NCBI GenBank assembly: GCA_044892505.1
Contig: CM097882.1
Span: 15,376,001-15,440,000 of the forward strand
Source of the DNA: Schmidtea nova
Taxonomy: Eukaryota
DNA length: 64,000 nucleotides
Direction: 5' to 3'
Every line of letters starts with the position of its first letter. Position 1 is the first letter of the stretch. Of this stretch, positions 47,666 through 60,557 are shown piece by piece. The position numbers were made by a program, and so were the translations under genes. The notes beneath the pieces were generated by a model, which ran no database searches, was not told the DNA's origin, and worked only from the letters and a program-made list of their open reading frames with translations.

Positions 47666-50600
47666 TTATATAAATAATAATATTANNNNNNNNNNNNNNN
47701 NNNNNNNNNNNNNNNNNNNNNNNNNNNNNNNNNNNNNNNNNNNNNNNNNNNNNNNNNNNNNNNNNNNNNNNNNNNNNNNNNNNNNNNNNNNNNNNNNNNN
47801 NNNNNNNNNNNNNNNNNNNNNNNNNNNNNNNNNNNNNNNNNNNNNNNNNNNNNNNNNNNNNNNNNNNNNNNNNNNNNNNNNNNNNNNNNNNNNNNNNNNN
47901 NNNNNNNNNNNNNNNNNNNNNNNNNNNNTTATAATAATAATAATTATATAAATAATNNNNNNNNNNNNNNNNNNNNNNNNNNNNNNNNNNNNNNNNNNNN
48001 NNNNNNNNNNNNNNNNNNNNNNNNNNNNNNNNNNNNNNNNNNNNNNNNNNNNNNNNNNNNNNNNNNNNNNNNNNNNNNNNNNNNNNNNNNNNNNNNNNNN
48101 NNNNNNNNNNNNNNNNNNNNNNNNNNNNNNNNNNNNNNNNNNNNNNNNNNNNNNNNNNNNNNNNNNNNNNNNNNNNNNNNNNNNNNNNTATCCAACACAA
48201 CGTAAAAAATAAAAAAATAATAATAATAATATTAACTTATAAAAATAATATCCAACACAAAATAAAAAAAAATAAAATATTTTCATAGTTTTTATTGATT
48301 GCGCAATATTATTTACAATCATAAATAAGGCCCTAAAGAGGACCATTATTTCTTTCTCAATCTGTTTTCTGATTCTGTCTTCTTAATCTGTTTTCTGAAT
48401 CGGTATTCATAATCAGTTTTCTGAATCGGTATTCATAATCAGTTTTTCTTTTAGTTTTCTTTTCGGTTTCTTTTCGGTTTATTTTATGTGTTCCTTTCTG
48501 TTTTATTTTCTGTTTTCACAATCAGTTTTAAAAATCTGTTTTCCTTTCTGTTTTATTTTCGGTACTGTTTTCTAAAATCTAAATTTGAAAAAACTGTTTT
48601 TTAGAATCATAAATTGTGGCCCTGAAGAGGGCCGATTGTGCATTCTCATATCTTTTTTTTCTGATTTTCTTGATCCTTCTGAATATCTCCTTTTTTTTTG
48701 ATTTTCTGTTTTATTTTCGGTTATTTTTTTTGGTTATGTTTATTTCCGTTTATTTCTAGCCGTCATCGCAAATAGTTATGCTCCGGCTCCTCATAAAAAT
48801 AATACGGATCGTCATCTTGTATCTGTTGTTGTTGTTGTAGCTGTTGTTGTTGTTGTTCATTCTGATTCTGAGGCTGCTCCGTATCTAAAATACTGTTACC
48901 CCCTCTATAGTGGCCTTATGCCAGGCTTTTATTTTTCCCTACCCAATTACGCTTGTCATCTCGACAGCTTAATGCCCTCTTATGATTTTTAACACTAAAA
49001 AGTTGATGATTTTTAGATGTTATCCTAAACTGGGGGACCGTATAGATCTTATTATTTACATAGCAATCTAGATACGACTGATGAGTTAGTCCAGTATCCT
49101 TCATGCATATCCCCTTAGCCTTCATACTCTCCTCATCACCCATTAAGCTGTAGCATTTCGGTCTAAGAAACACCCACTCTTTATACAGCATCCCTTTACT
49201 CTCGTCTTTGAACTTTCCAATGACAGAGTCAAGGTTTCTGTTGTATAAAGGATCCATAGGGTCATAATTGGAGGTGTCCAGCAAGCAATTATTAACCATA
49301 GCCAGTAAAAGAGTGTCAAGACTACAGTTTTTTACCTCAAGAAAAAAGGAGTCAGTATCCCCAGCGACGATGTTAATCTTACAGTTGAAGTCGTCACGAT
49401 ATTTTTGTAACTCGACATACTGTAGCTGGTACATTCTTAGTTTGGATAAATCCAGTACAGTTTGACCGATGTAGCTGGGTCTATCCAAACATACTGACTC
49501 CTTTTGCAGCAAAACAGAAATCAGGTCATTATCGATTTTATTAGTTTTACGAAACGTAGGTTTCGAGCAATAAGTGATTAATTTTTCGGCATTATTACAT
49601 AGTCGCAAATTAATGCGTTTTTTTAAATTTTCAACAGTCTTGCCGTAAAGACTGTTGTTTAATAATTTATAAAAATCGCGATCTAATTTATTAGTTGACG
49701 CTGATCGTAACGTCGTATTTGTGTTTATATAATTAAAAAAAATTTTTTTTGGTTAAATTTTATAGCCCTGTGGACTTTTGTTATAACAACGCCTAATTTA
49801 ACAAATAGTTGCAGAAGCCGCCAATGAAGAACATAGTTCTTCTTTGGGTTATGCGTGAGCATCAGCTTCTCAACCTTGGATCCCGGTGCACACATCTTTT
49901 CAGCGGCAACTGGAAGATCATCCAGTTTGTCGTGAATTGATGCCGGTATCTCCAAATCCACTTCTATGGTGTAGCCATAATGAAGTGCATCTAGATCAAC
50001 CGATGTGCACTCACAAACGATTTCATTTAATAAGTGGTCATCTGTGACCCATTCGAAATTAGAGCAAGGTAAAGGTTGGCTTAAGGCCCATCCATACAAA
50101 TTATTGATGTCAATGTAAAGCAATGCGGTATCCGGGCTTGTTTTTACATAATGTTTGTTAATGAAGGTTAGTCCGCCACGGATACCGCCCTCGAAAAAGT
50201 TGTACATCTCCATATCGGTGAGGAGCTCAATTGGAGATTCTAAGGTCATTAAGGCAGAACTCCAAGATAAACTTGGAATACCGAGGAAATTCAGAGGTTC
50301 AAGTCTATTATGATTTATAGACTTGAAACGAAATTGCTGGAAAAAATCAGCAAGTAAAAAAACGTCGAGTTTTAAATAAACCATCATGTAATCAAAAAGT
50401 GAATTACATGATGTTTCAACCCATATTCTTTGTGCCATTTCGTATTCTGCTGGTTTTACATCTTTCCAGATCGGTGGAAGAGATAAGGTTGAATGTAAAA
50501 CTTCTAAGGAAGTTGCAGCATCATAGGGAAAAATGCCCTTGGCTGTAATTATAGTGCCTTGAAATTCTGATTCGGTGAGTGGTAAGGAAGTAAGAGTTTT

Positions 50601-52980
50601 GACAGCATTATTTAAAGACTCGCTGACGAATTGGTATGAGTCTATGAATTTTACAGTTAAAGAGTCAATCCTAGCAAAAAGACTAAGAAATTTCTCACTG
50701 GTTAAGGGAATACAACTTATATTCCATTTTCGGTATTTGGATAAACCATATTTTAGAATATGGTGTAGATCATACCCCTTTAAATTATGAAAGATAATAG
50801 GAAGGGTATGTCTAATCTGTCTGGATTTATTACATTCTGAGCAAGCTGCTTCAAGAAAAAGACCGGTGAAATGTTCATGATCCCTAACAGGTCTACATAA
50901 AAGCTTTTTGCATAAATAACAAATTGTGCTGTTATTAAATTCAATTTGTTGCTCATGACTTATTATCATTTTTTTATTTGAATTTTTAAAATAGTATGGT
51001 GTTACTATGTGGCGACTTATAAGTTCTATTTCATTAAGAAATTCTTCTACACAATTAAGGCCGGCAAAAGATTTATATATTTTTTGACCAGAAAAGTTGT
51101 TAATTAATAACAAACCGGCAGAAATAGACAAATGCTTTTGGAAATATCTGGTGTCCGGAGGTAAGATTGCCTCAAAGTCGGCATAAATAACAAAGGGAGG
51201 AGTCACTGTTTTGCGCCAATCAGTAAATTCGAGCATTTTATTTTTTGGTAATGTGTACAAAGTTGTACCAGTTTGATTTTTATCACAAAGACCCCTATGC
51301 CTATTGAAAAATTCATCATTTCTAAACCCATTTAAACATCTGGGACACCATTTAATACAAATCCTTACCGGGGTTATCGAGCTATTACGACAATTCAAAA
51401 ATCGATTTAAATCAAAGATACCTATATAATGATAGGTTTTTCTATTCTCAAGCAATAACAGATTTATTGTGGTACCACCTACAACTTTTGACTTGTAAAT
51501 TAAGTCGATAAAAGGGTGTTTAAGAATAATATCCTCATTGTCATCAGTAATATCTAATAAGGTATTTTCATCATATGACATAACATTGATGCTATAACCA
51601 GGGTTTTGTCGCTCAAATTTACTGATATTTCCAAGTCTCATTGGCATATCATTGGGGTCATAATTTAATTGTGAAAGATTGTAAGATGAAGGAATACAAC
51701 GAGTTTCATTCGTTAAACTATCATATTTAATTATCGAAAGAAAGCTATATAAAAAACAAAAGTTGTCCTCATTCACGACATTAACTAAGCATTTCTTTTT
51801 CCTTAAAGATTTAGGAGTATCGATAAACTGACTTCCGCTTAATCTAGTTATTTCAGAGTATCTGGTCAAGACAAAGCTTATGTACTCTACTTTGGAGATA
51901 GTCCAGTTACTACCTTTCTCGTTTATAGCTATTATTTTTTCATTTAAAAGAGCAATACCTTCTTCAATGAAAGTATCACTCCAGACCCTGGCAGAATTTG
52001 AGAAAACGAACTATTGTAATTCATCGTCCTTCTCAAATTCCACCTTCAAACAGAATTGGATTTTAACAGTTTTTAATTTGTTGACATAAAAATTTAATTT
52101 ATCCAAAAGAATTGTCGGTACTGAGACCGTTTTCAAATTTAAATTTTCAACTTCCATTTTAATAATTATATGATTATTATTTAGGTCATTTACGATCTCG
52201 ACGGCACCATATCCGATTTGGTTAATATTATTTAAATTATTATTATTATTATTATTATTATTTAAATTTTCATCATCACTGATGACTATTAATTCATCAT
52301 CAGTGAGATCTATTATTTGAATTTTAGTAGGAACTGAATCCGGTATTTTAATATGTTTTCTTTTATTATTATTTGTATTATTTGTATTATTGATATTATT
52401 TAAATTATTTGTAAGATTATTAATTGTATTATTTAGATTGTTTGTATTATTTAGATTATTTGTATTATTTAGATTTTTTGTATTATTTAGATTGTTTGTA
52501 TTATTTAGATTATTATTTAGATTATTATTATTTATAGTATTAATTATAGGATTAATTTGGTTGTTGTTAATAAAATTAGGAAAGATTTGCTTAAATAAAA
52601 TTTTCTTTGAAGGCTGAAACTGCGAAAGATGGCTACAGTGCCTATTAAAGAAATCAATATATGGGGAAATTTCGATAAGTTTACAGGTGGGGCATAGGAG
52701 GTGGGTAACAGTATTATATGTTATTATAAGTATCTTGCGCTGTTCTAATTGGGGGTTTTTGTTTGTTGTAAGTGTGAAAGTTGAAGAAAAGTGTAGATCC
52801 CGAGAGAGTCTGACGTTAACGATGTGCCGACACTCGGGGTGTGTGCTATGTCTTGCGGTTAATGTGATGACAGTATAACAATTAAATATAAAAAAAGTAT
52901 TACGTTACGATAAAATAAATATAACTATTATTAAATTAATAAAATTTATTAAGAACAGGATAAAAACCACGAAATGTTAC

Positions 52981-53421
52981 TTGAAAAGTTTTATTGTCAC
53001 TCGAGTTATTCTTCTATTTAATGATTTCTTTTAATATTTTCGTAATACGACGGGCTTGGGGATTGGTTTGATGATTAATTGAAAAGTTTTATTGTCACTC
53101 GAATTATTCTTCTATTTAATGATTTCTTTTAGTATTTTCGTAATATGACGGGCTTGGGGGGTTGGTTTGATGATTAATTGAAAAGTTTTATTGTCACTCG
53201 AATTATTCTTCTATTTAATGATTTCTTTTAGTATTTTCGTAATACGACGGGCTTGGGGGTTGGTTTGATGATTAATTGAAAAGTTTTATTGTCACTCGAA
53301 TTATTCTTCTATTTAATGATTTCTTTTAGTATTTTCGTAATACGACGGGCTTGGGGGTTGGTTTGATGATTAATTGAAAAGTTTTATTGTCACTCGAATT
53401 ATTCTTCTATTTAATGATTTC
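52981..53421. repeat. 98-bp tandem repeat inside the LTR
   Basis: Four full units plus a partial here; three full plus a partial at 58512-58853. Confidence 0.9.
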
Positions 53422-54035
53422 GCGCTTATTGAGTTGATAACTTGCAGATAATTTTTCCCAAATGAGTACTAGATATTTCAATGAAAATTTGACAAAATAT
53501 TTCTGGTTGAAGCATTAATTCATAATTTACAATAAATCGTTATTTCTGATTTTTTTTAATTTGGCTTACTATAGCTAATTGCTATAGTAAGCCAAATTCA
53601 AATTTTAAATAAAAATAATTGTAGTAATAACAATAATAAAATAAATATTAACAGTCATAATGAAAAAGGGGGGGGGCCCAGGTGACCACAAAGGCACCGT
53701 CCATAACAATGACGGCGCTTATAAACTCACCAGCAAATAAACATCTAAAAATGACAATAAAATGTGACAATAAAATGTGACATTCACATAACTTCCCCCT
53801 TTAAAACCGGAGGTTAACAAGAGAATAAAAATTAACAGATTAACCATGTTGACAACTTGTTTTTGTTGTTTTGTTTTATTTTGTTTTGTTTTTCTATTTG
53901 TTTTGTTGTTTTTATAACGTTTTAACCATAACATTTACATATTTACACGAAAATAAAACTGTACATTTCACTGTGTTGTGCTTGTGTTTATTTGTGTTTT
54001 ATTTAAAGCATTATCTGTATTGTTTTTTTCTTGGG

Positions 54036-57000
54036 CTAGGCTGTGTGAGGCGTTGAGTGTAAATTTTGATTGTTGTAATGGTAGGGTTTTAGTCTGCGGA
54101 TGTTGACTCTAACTTTTCGGTTGTTTATCACTAATGTCCCCACGTTTTTGTCTAATTCGAGAAGTTTGTAAGGGCCTTCATATTTCGATTCGAAACCACT
54201 GGTAAAAGGTTTTTTTATTAAAACCATATCGACCTTTAAATTTGTTTTGGTTTGTTTGTTGTCATTGTCTATTAAGACTCCTTTTGGTTCATTTTGGGAT
54301 GTTAGTGTTCTGTTTTTGTAAGTTTTATCGGGGTTTTTGTAGTTATCTATTAAATTTGGGAGGTTTGTTGAATGCCTGAAAGTTAATTGGCTTGGGCTTT
54401 TGTTGGTTAAGGAGGATGGGTTATTTCGTAAACCAATTAGGATTTCTGGGAGATTTTCTAACCAGTTTCTGTCATCGGCTTTAGTTCGGATCGCTTGTTT
54501 TAAGGATCTGTGCAATCTTTCCACTTTGCCGTTTGACTGTGGGTTATAGGCTGTTGTTCGGACTTTTTTTATTTTATATTTTGAGCACAATCCTTTGAAT
54601 AAGTCTGACTCGAATTGTCTGCCTTGATCACTGATAATTGTTTTTGGACATCCATATCTCGCAAACCAGTTTATTTCCAGTTTTCTGCAAATTGTTGCTG
54701 CTGAGATCTCTTTGATTGGGATTGCCTCAAACCAGTTGGTGTATCGGTCTATTATTGTCAATAGGTATTTTTGTTTGTTGTTAGGTGGTAATGGGCCCAC
54801 TATGTCTATATGTATTGTTTGGAAAGGTTCTGTTTTTGGGAATTCAATTTTTGTTGTTTTGAATTTTGTTGTTATTTTGTTTTTCTGGCAGTTTATACAT
54901 GAGCTTACGTATTCTTTGATGTCCTTCCTCATGTTCGGCCATACTACTTTTGTATGCATGAGTTCGTATGTAGCTTTCGTTCCTGGGTGGTATATGTTGT
55001 GAAATTGTTTTATTAGTTCAGTTCTGTGTTCCTCAGGTACTATTAGTCTTATGTTGTGTTCGTTAGAGACGTCGTACCAAATTCCATCAATCTCTTTTAG
55101 TATTAATGAGTTGAGTTTTGGGAAGTTATTTATTGTTCTTTCTTGTTTGTTTCTCATTGTTTCTTGATTCACTGTTGGGATCATGCTGATGGCGTTTGTT
55201 TCTGTTTCGATTCGCGAGAGGGTATCTGCGCATATGTTTGCGGCTTCTGCTATATATTTTATTTCGCAATTGAATTGTGAAATGTAATTTAACTGTCTTA
55301 TTTGCCTTGGTGATGGTAATTTCATGTTCATTGCGTTTACTAGGGGTTTGTGGTCTGTATACACTTCAAATTCTTTCCCTTCTAAGAGGTATTGGAAGTG
55401 TTTTATTGTATCATGTACCGCCAGCAGCTCCCTGTCAAAAGTGGAATATCGCATTTGGTGGGTTTTGAGTTTTTTTGAGTAAAATGCGATGGGTTTTTTT
55501 TCGTTATGTTTTTCTTGGTATATTGTACCTCCCATTGCTGTTCCAGAGCAATCAGTGTTGAGGATGTATGTTAAGTTTGGGTCAGGGTAGTTTAATAGAC
55601 TTGTGTTGGATAGGTTTGTTTTTGCCTTTTCGAAAACCCTTTCTAGTTGTTTGTTCCAGTTGATTTTAATGTTTCTTTTGTTGGTGTTTAAGTCGTTTAG
55701 TGGTGCGAGTATCTCGCTGCACTTTGGGATGTGTTTATGGTAAAAGTTTATCATTCCCATAAAACGTCTTAATTCTCTTGTTGTTTTGGGGAGTGGGAAT
55801 TCTTTGATGGCCTTTATTTTGTCGTCTAGAGGTCTTGTTCCATTTCCGTTAAGGATATGTCCCAAAAACTTGACTTCCTGTTTTAAGAATTCGCACTTCT
55901 TTATATTAATTTTGAGATCGTGGTTGTTGAGGGTGTTTAGAACTTCCGTGATGTCCTGCATGTGTTCGGTTTTGTTTGTTGATGCGATTAGGATGTCGTC
56001 TAAATACGCTACCGTATTCCTGTGGTTTCTCAGGATTTGGTCCATGAACCTTTGGAAAGTGGCGGCTGCGTTTTTTAAACCGAATGGCATTCGGTTGTAT
56101 TCATATAACCCGATCGGTGTTATTATTGCAGTTTTTTTACGTCTTCTTCACGCACCGGAATTTGGTGATACGCCTTTTGCAGGTCGATTTTACTGAAATA
56201 TTTTGGATTATGTATCCTGTTTATGATGTCGTTGATTATTGGTATAGGGTATTTGTCAGGTATTGTAATATTGTTCAAAGCTCTGTAATCTCCGCATGCT
56301 CTCCATTCGCCATTTGCTTTTTCTTTTAGCATCAGTGCGGATGACCAGTTGGAATTTGAATGTTGAATGATTCTGTTTTCCAATAGATCGTCGAAGATTT
56401 CTTTGGTTATTGTGAGTTTTTTGTTGTCCAGTTGTCTTACTTTGGCGTGGACAGGGTTACCATTTGTTATGATGGCGTGTTTTGTGATGCATTTATTTGT
56501 GGTTTCTATTGATAGTTTATCAGTGATTGTAGGGTAGTTTTTGAGTAATTCTTTGATTTCTTTTGGGATGGAATTGTCTGCGTTTGTTTTTTCGCATTTT
56601 GTTATATTTTTAGTTTGTAATCCTTCAGTTTGTATTTTTTTTGTGTTTGCGGTTATTACCCCGATGTCACAATTTGTTAAGGTTTTTAGGTTTTCTTGGT
56701 TAGGTTTGTTGTTTGGGTATTTTTCTGTTTCGGAAGTATTTTGTATTATTTGTTTATTTCGGCAGTCTACTAACAAGTTATATTTCGCTAGGAAATCGGC
56801 TCCTACAATGGCCTGTTTTACGTCGGCGATGATGAATTCCCAATTGTAGTTTGTCTTGTTTATATTAATGGTTAGTTGCTGTTTGCCGTAGGTTTTGATG
56901 TTGCTGCCATTTGCTGCGCACAGGTTGTAGTTTCCTTCTTTTAACGATTGGTATAAATAACTTGGTAACAAACTAACTATTGAACCGGAATCAACGAGAA

Positions 57001-57118
57001 AATTTATATTGTTGCTTTGCACCGTGAATGTTTCGTAGTCACCGAATGTCGGTGCTGTCATTGGCGACTTTAATTGTTTTCCGGCTTTTTGTTGTGGAAA
57101 GCACAAGGTGCGTTGCAC
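54036..57118 (-). CDS. pol: Pol (PR-RT-RH-IN), in the -1 frame relative to gag, with one frameshift in an A-run near 56130
   Basis: FLVDSGS; WRACGDYRALN, IDLQKAYHQIP, MPFGLKNA, YLDD; TDCSG, YTDHKP; HNIYHPG...CINC, HIDIVGP, SDQGRQFE, NGKVERLH. Confidence 0.93.
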
Positions 57119-58071
57119 TTGAAAGCCTTGTCCCCAAATCTATTGTAAAAATAACACCAATTTTCATTTGTTATGTAGTTGTTGTTCGTGTTATTGTATT
57201 GGTTCAAATTTGGTTTTTGCTCTGTGGGGTTGTTGTAGTTGTTTTGGTAACGGTTAAAGTATGGGTTTTGTTCTGTACGGTTGTTTTGATTGAGCTGATT
57301 CCTTTTTGTTTCTCTTGTTTGTGCCTCTTGTAAATCGTTTCGGAGGTTCTTGTTTTCTATTAAGACCTCGTCGACTTTCTTTTTTAACGAGTTAAGTAGA
57401 AGGTTGGTATCGTTGTTAGGGTTATCTCGTTTTTGGCAGTCTTCTTGCTTATTTTCCCATGGGTGCTGTTTTCGGTATGTTTTACAAACAGCAGGGAATA
57501 ATTCATCATTTATTTTGTCCGCGATATCGGCTATTTTGTCGAGGTCGGTGCTGTCATTTGCGGCTAAAATGCGTCTTATTTCTTGTGGCATAGCCCTCAT
57601 GAATAAGTCCTTTACGAATTCGCTCGATCCCGAGCTTGTTATTTTGGGTTGTAGGAATTCCAGTTTTGTTTTAAGGTGCCTTAAAAATTCGCTAGGTTTG
57701 TCGTTTCCTAGCTGAATGTCTTTTAGGCAAGATTCTAGTATTTCCCTCCTGTTTATCTTATTTCTGTTCAATAAGGTCGAGTATAATGTTCCGAATGGGT
57801 CATTATTTTTTTCTATTTCTTCTATCCTGTCGCCGATTTCATTTAGTATGTTGCTTGGCAATGCGGCGATTATGTGGGCGCATAGTGTTTTTGATGACTT
57901 GATTCCCGATAGGGTCAGTGTTAGTTTGGCAAACTCTAACCATTTTTGCGGGGTTCCGTTTTCATCGGTAAAAAAATTGGGGATGTTTGCTTTAGGGTTG
58001 ATGATTGAGTTTATGGTGCTGTGGTCGAGTGGTGTTTGTGAATTGTTTGAGTTTGTTTGGTTTGATGCCAT
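57070..58071 (-). CDS. gag: Gag with a CsRn1-type C-terminal knuckle
   Basis: IPNFF...PQKW, LGNDKPSEFL, LFMRAMPQEIRRIL; CYFYNRFGDKAFKCNAPC (CHCC-type with His replaced). Confidence 0.9.
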   Translation of the reverse strand: MASNQTNSNNSQTPLDHSTINSIINPKANIPNFFTDENGTPQKWLEFAKLTLTLSGIKSSKTLCAHIIAALPSNILNEIGDRIEEIEKNNDPFGTLYSTLLNRNKINRREILESCLKDIQLGNDKPSEFLRHLKTKLEFLQPKITSSGSSEFVKDLFMRAMPQEIRRILAANDSTDLDKIADIADKINDELFPAVCKTYRKQHPWENKQEDCQKRDNPNNDTNLLLNSLKKKVDEVLIENKNLRNDLQEAQTRETKRNQLNQNNRTEQNPYFNRYQNNYNNPTEQKPNLNQYNNTNNNYITNENWCYFYNRFGDKAFKCNAPCAFHNKKPENN

Positions 58072-59409
58072 TTAGTTTTGTTGTTGTTGTTGTTTATGTA
58101 AAAAAAATGAGCTTGACAAAAGGATATAGCCTACTGTGTTCGGCTAAAAGTGACGTTAATCCTTATACCTCTATAGTAGGTATGCTAAAGGCGTTAACGC
58201 TTGAAAAAAAAACGGCGAGTGTGTGTGTGTGTATCCCACTTCTGACACCAGTTATTATAAGTATCTTGCGCTGTTCTAATTGGGGGTTTTTGTTTGTTGT
58301 AAGTGTGAAAGTTGAAGAAAAGTGTAGATCCCGAGAGAGTCTGACGTTAACGATGTGCCGACACTCGGGGTGTGTGCTATGTCTTGCGGTTAATGTGATG
58401 ACAGTATAACAATAAAATATAAAAAAAGTATTACGTTACGATAAAATAAATATAACTATTATTAAATTAATAAAATTTATTAAGAACAGGATAAAAACCA
58501 CGAAATGTTACTTGAAAAGTTTTATTGTCACTCGAGTTATTCTTCTATTTAATGATTTCTTTTAGTATTTTCGTAATATGACGGGCTTGGGGGGTTGGTT
58601 TGATGATTAATTGAAAAGTTTTATTGTCACTCGAATTATTCTTCTATTTAATGATTTCTTTTAGTATTTTCGTAATACGTCGGGCTTGGGGGTTGGTTTG
58701 ATGATTAATTGAAAAGTTTTATTGTCACTCGAATTATTCTTCTATTTAATGATTTCTTTTAGTATTTTCGTAATACGACGGGCTTGGGGGTTGGTTTGAT
58801 GATTAATTGAAAAGTTTTATTGTCACTCGAATTATTCTTCTATTTAATGATTTCGCGCTTATTGAGTTGATAACTTGCAGATAATTTTTCCCAAATGAGT
58901 ACTAGATATTTCAATGAAAATTTGACAAAATATTTCTGGTTGAAGCATTAATTCATAATTTACAATAAATCGTTATTTCTGATTTTTTTTAATTTGGCTT
59001 ACTATAGCTAATTGCTATAGTAAGCCAAATTCAAATTTTAAATAAAAATAATTGTAGTAATAACAATAATAAAATAAATATTAACAGTCATAATGAAAAA
59101 GGGGGGGGCCCAGGTGACCACAAAGGCACCGTCCATAACAATGACGGCGCTTATAAACTCACCAGCAAATAAACATCTAAAAATGACAATAAAATGTGAC
59201 ATTCACATATGTCAACGAGTAGTATTTTTCCATAATGACATGGCAATCATTATGGAACCTACTGTTGCAAAAATTTTTGTAGGTTGAACCTGAATTTAAA
59301 TAAATATTTAAATAAATTTTCAATATATATAACATTATAAATACAAAAATTATATCAATAATAATTTTTAGTTACATAATAAAAAAAAAAGAAAATAATA
59401 TTTCATAAA

Positions 59410-59790
59410 AATTTTTTTTTATCGAAAATCAATATTTCATCATATAAAGTAAATTGTTGGATATATAAAAATTCTATTTCGTAAATGTTTTTTATCGAAA
59501 ATCAATATTTCATCATATAAAGTAAATTGTTGGATATATAAAATTCTATTTCGTAAATGGTTTTTTATCGAAAATCAATATTTCATCATATAAAGTAAAT
59601 TGTTGGATATATAAAATAATATTTCAAAAATGTTTTTTATCGAAAATCAAAATTTCATCATATAAAGTAAATTGTTGGATATATAAAAATAATATTTCAT
59701 AAATGTTATTTATCAAAAATCAATATTTCATCATATAAAGTAAATTGTAGCCTATATTATAATATTACATAAATGTTTTTTATCAAAAAG
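59410..59790. repeat. ~73-bp tandem repeat upstream of pPolB
   Basis: ATCGAAAATCAATATTTCATCATATAAAGTAAATTG units start at 59421, 59494, 59567, 59639 and 59712. Confidence 0.9.
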
Positions 59791-59930
59791 TAAATGAATA
59801 TTTCATAATATAAATACTTTTAATATTATACTTTTAAATCATTTAGTAATTGTTTTTTCAAACCATTACTAAATGATTTTAAAATAATATATTAAAAGTA
59901 TTATTTAAATTAAAAAGTCAAATTAAAAAG

Positions 59931-60447
59931 TTAAATTAAAAAAATAAATATTGATAAATGCATACATTTTGTCTTCCCATAAATTGGGGCATCCAGATGA
60001 ACAGGAGCATTACTCGGGACATCAGCATTACTCGGGACATCAACATTCGGGACGTCATTCGGGACCTCATCGTCCATATCGACATTTCTCATATTATTCA
60101 TATTATCTGAAAAATTAATAATTAAATAATATTAATAAAATAAATTAATTAAATTACAATTAAATCGTCCCATTGACGAAAATACACCCATCCTTGATGA
60201 TGATGCTTCGGCATTGTTAATGTTGTTGTTGTTGTTGTTGTTGTTGGTATTATTATCTAAAGTATTAGAATAATAATAATAATAATAATAAAAAAAAATA
60301 AATAATACCCAAAAATCGTATTCCATTGTGTACTCCAACTCGTATTCTTGGAGCATCATTTCTTGTAATCGTTGCATCATCATCTATATTCTTAAATAAT
60401 GTAGCTGCGATATTTCGCGCAATATTCATTTCTAAAACAAAAAAAAC

Positions 60448-60486
<39 letters not shown>

Positions 60487-60557
60487 TACAAAATAATAAC
60501 GTTACCGCTTACTCCTCCTGCCAGATGGCGTTCCTTTGAAATCTTTAAATTGTTCAT
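59931..60557 (-). CDS. Predicted 4-exon Polinton gene (N/D-rich, N-terminal LAGG motif)
   Basis: Exons 60557-60506, 60431-60309, 60256-60158 and 60106-59931, joined by GT-AG introns of 74, 52 and 51 bp (all phase 1), give one open frame. Confidence 0.55.

Larger units (their letters stand above)
52719..59207 (-). mobile_element. Near-intact CsRn1/Kabuki-like Ty3/Gypsy element nested in pPolB
   Basis: LTRs at 52719-53788 and 58251-59207. 18-nt PBS at 58233-58250 (TGGTGTCAGAAGTGGGAT, complementary to a tRNA-Leu 3' end). PPT AAAGGGGGAAG at ~53792-53802. ATAT repeated at 52716-52719 and 59207-59210. Confidence 0.95.
48886..59335 (-). pseudogene. polB: Protein-primed family B DNA polymerase (pPolB), interrupted
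   Basis: Exo FVIYADFE, FHNLKGYD, KGIFPY; polymerase YIDINNLYG, KLLNNSLYGK, GDTDS, PKCY. Lesions: Gypsy insertion (52719-59207), TAG at 52011-52013, homopolymer frameshift near 49735, TAA at 48916 (LA*GHY). Confidence 0.92.

Noticed and set aside
48770-48885. Q-rich exon-like segment after pPolB (acceptor TTTTAG, then ...QQQQLQQQQIQDDDPYYF)
   Set aside because: No plausible upstream donor or start could be assigned.
4712-52316. A single ubiquitin/SUMO 'system' uniting Ulp1, Ub, IBR and SIMs
   Set aside because: These parts lie in separate elements of different classes and ages. Co-location in a repeat-dense region is not evidence of a functional link.
52981-59790. 98-bp and 73-bp arrays as possible CRISPR-like arrays
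   Set aside because: The units are contiguous near-identical repeats with no unique spacers, in a eukaryotic context with no cas genes.
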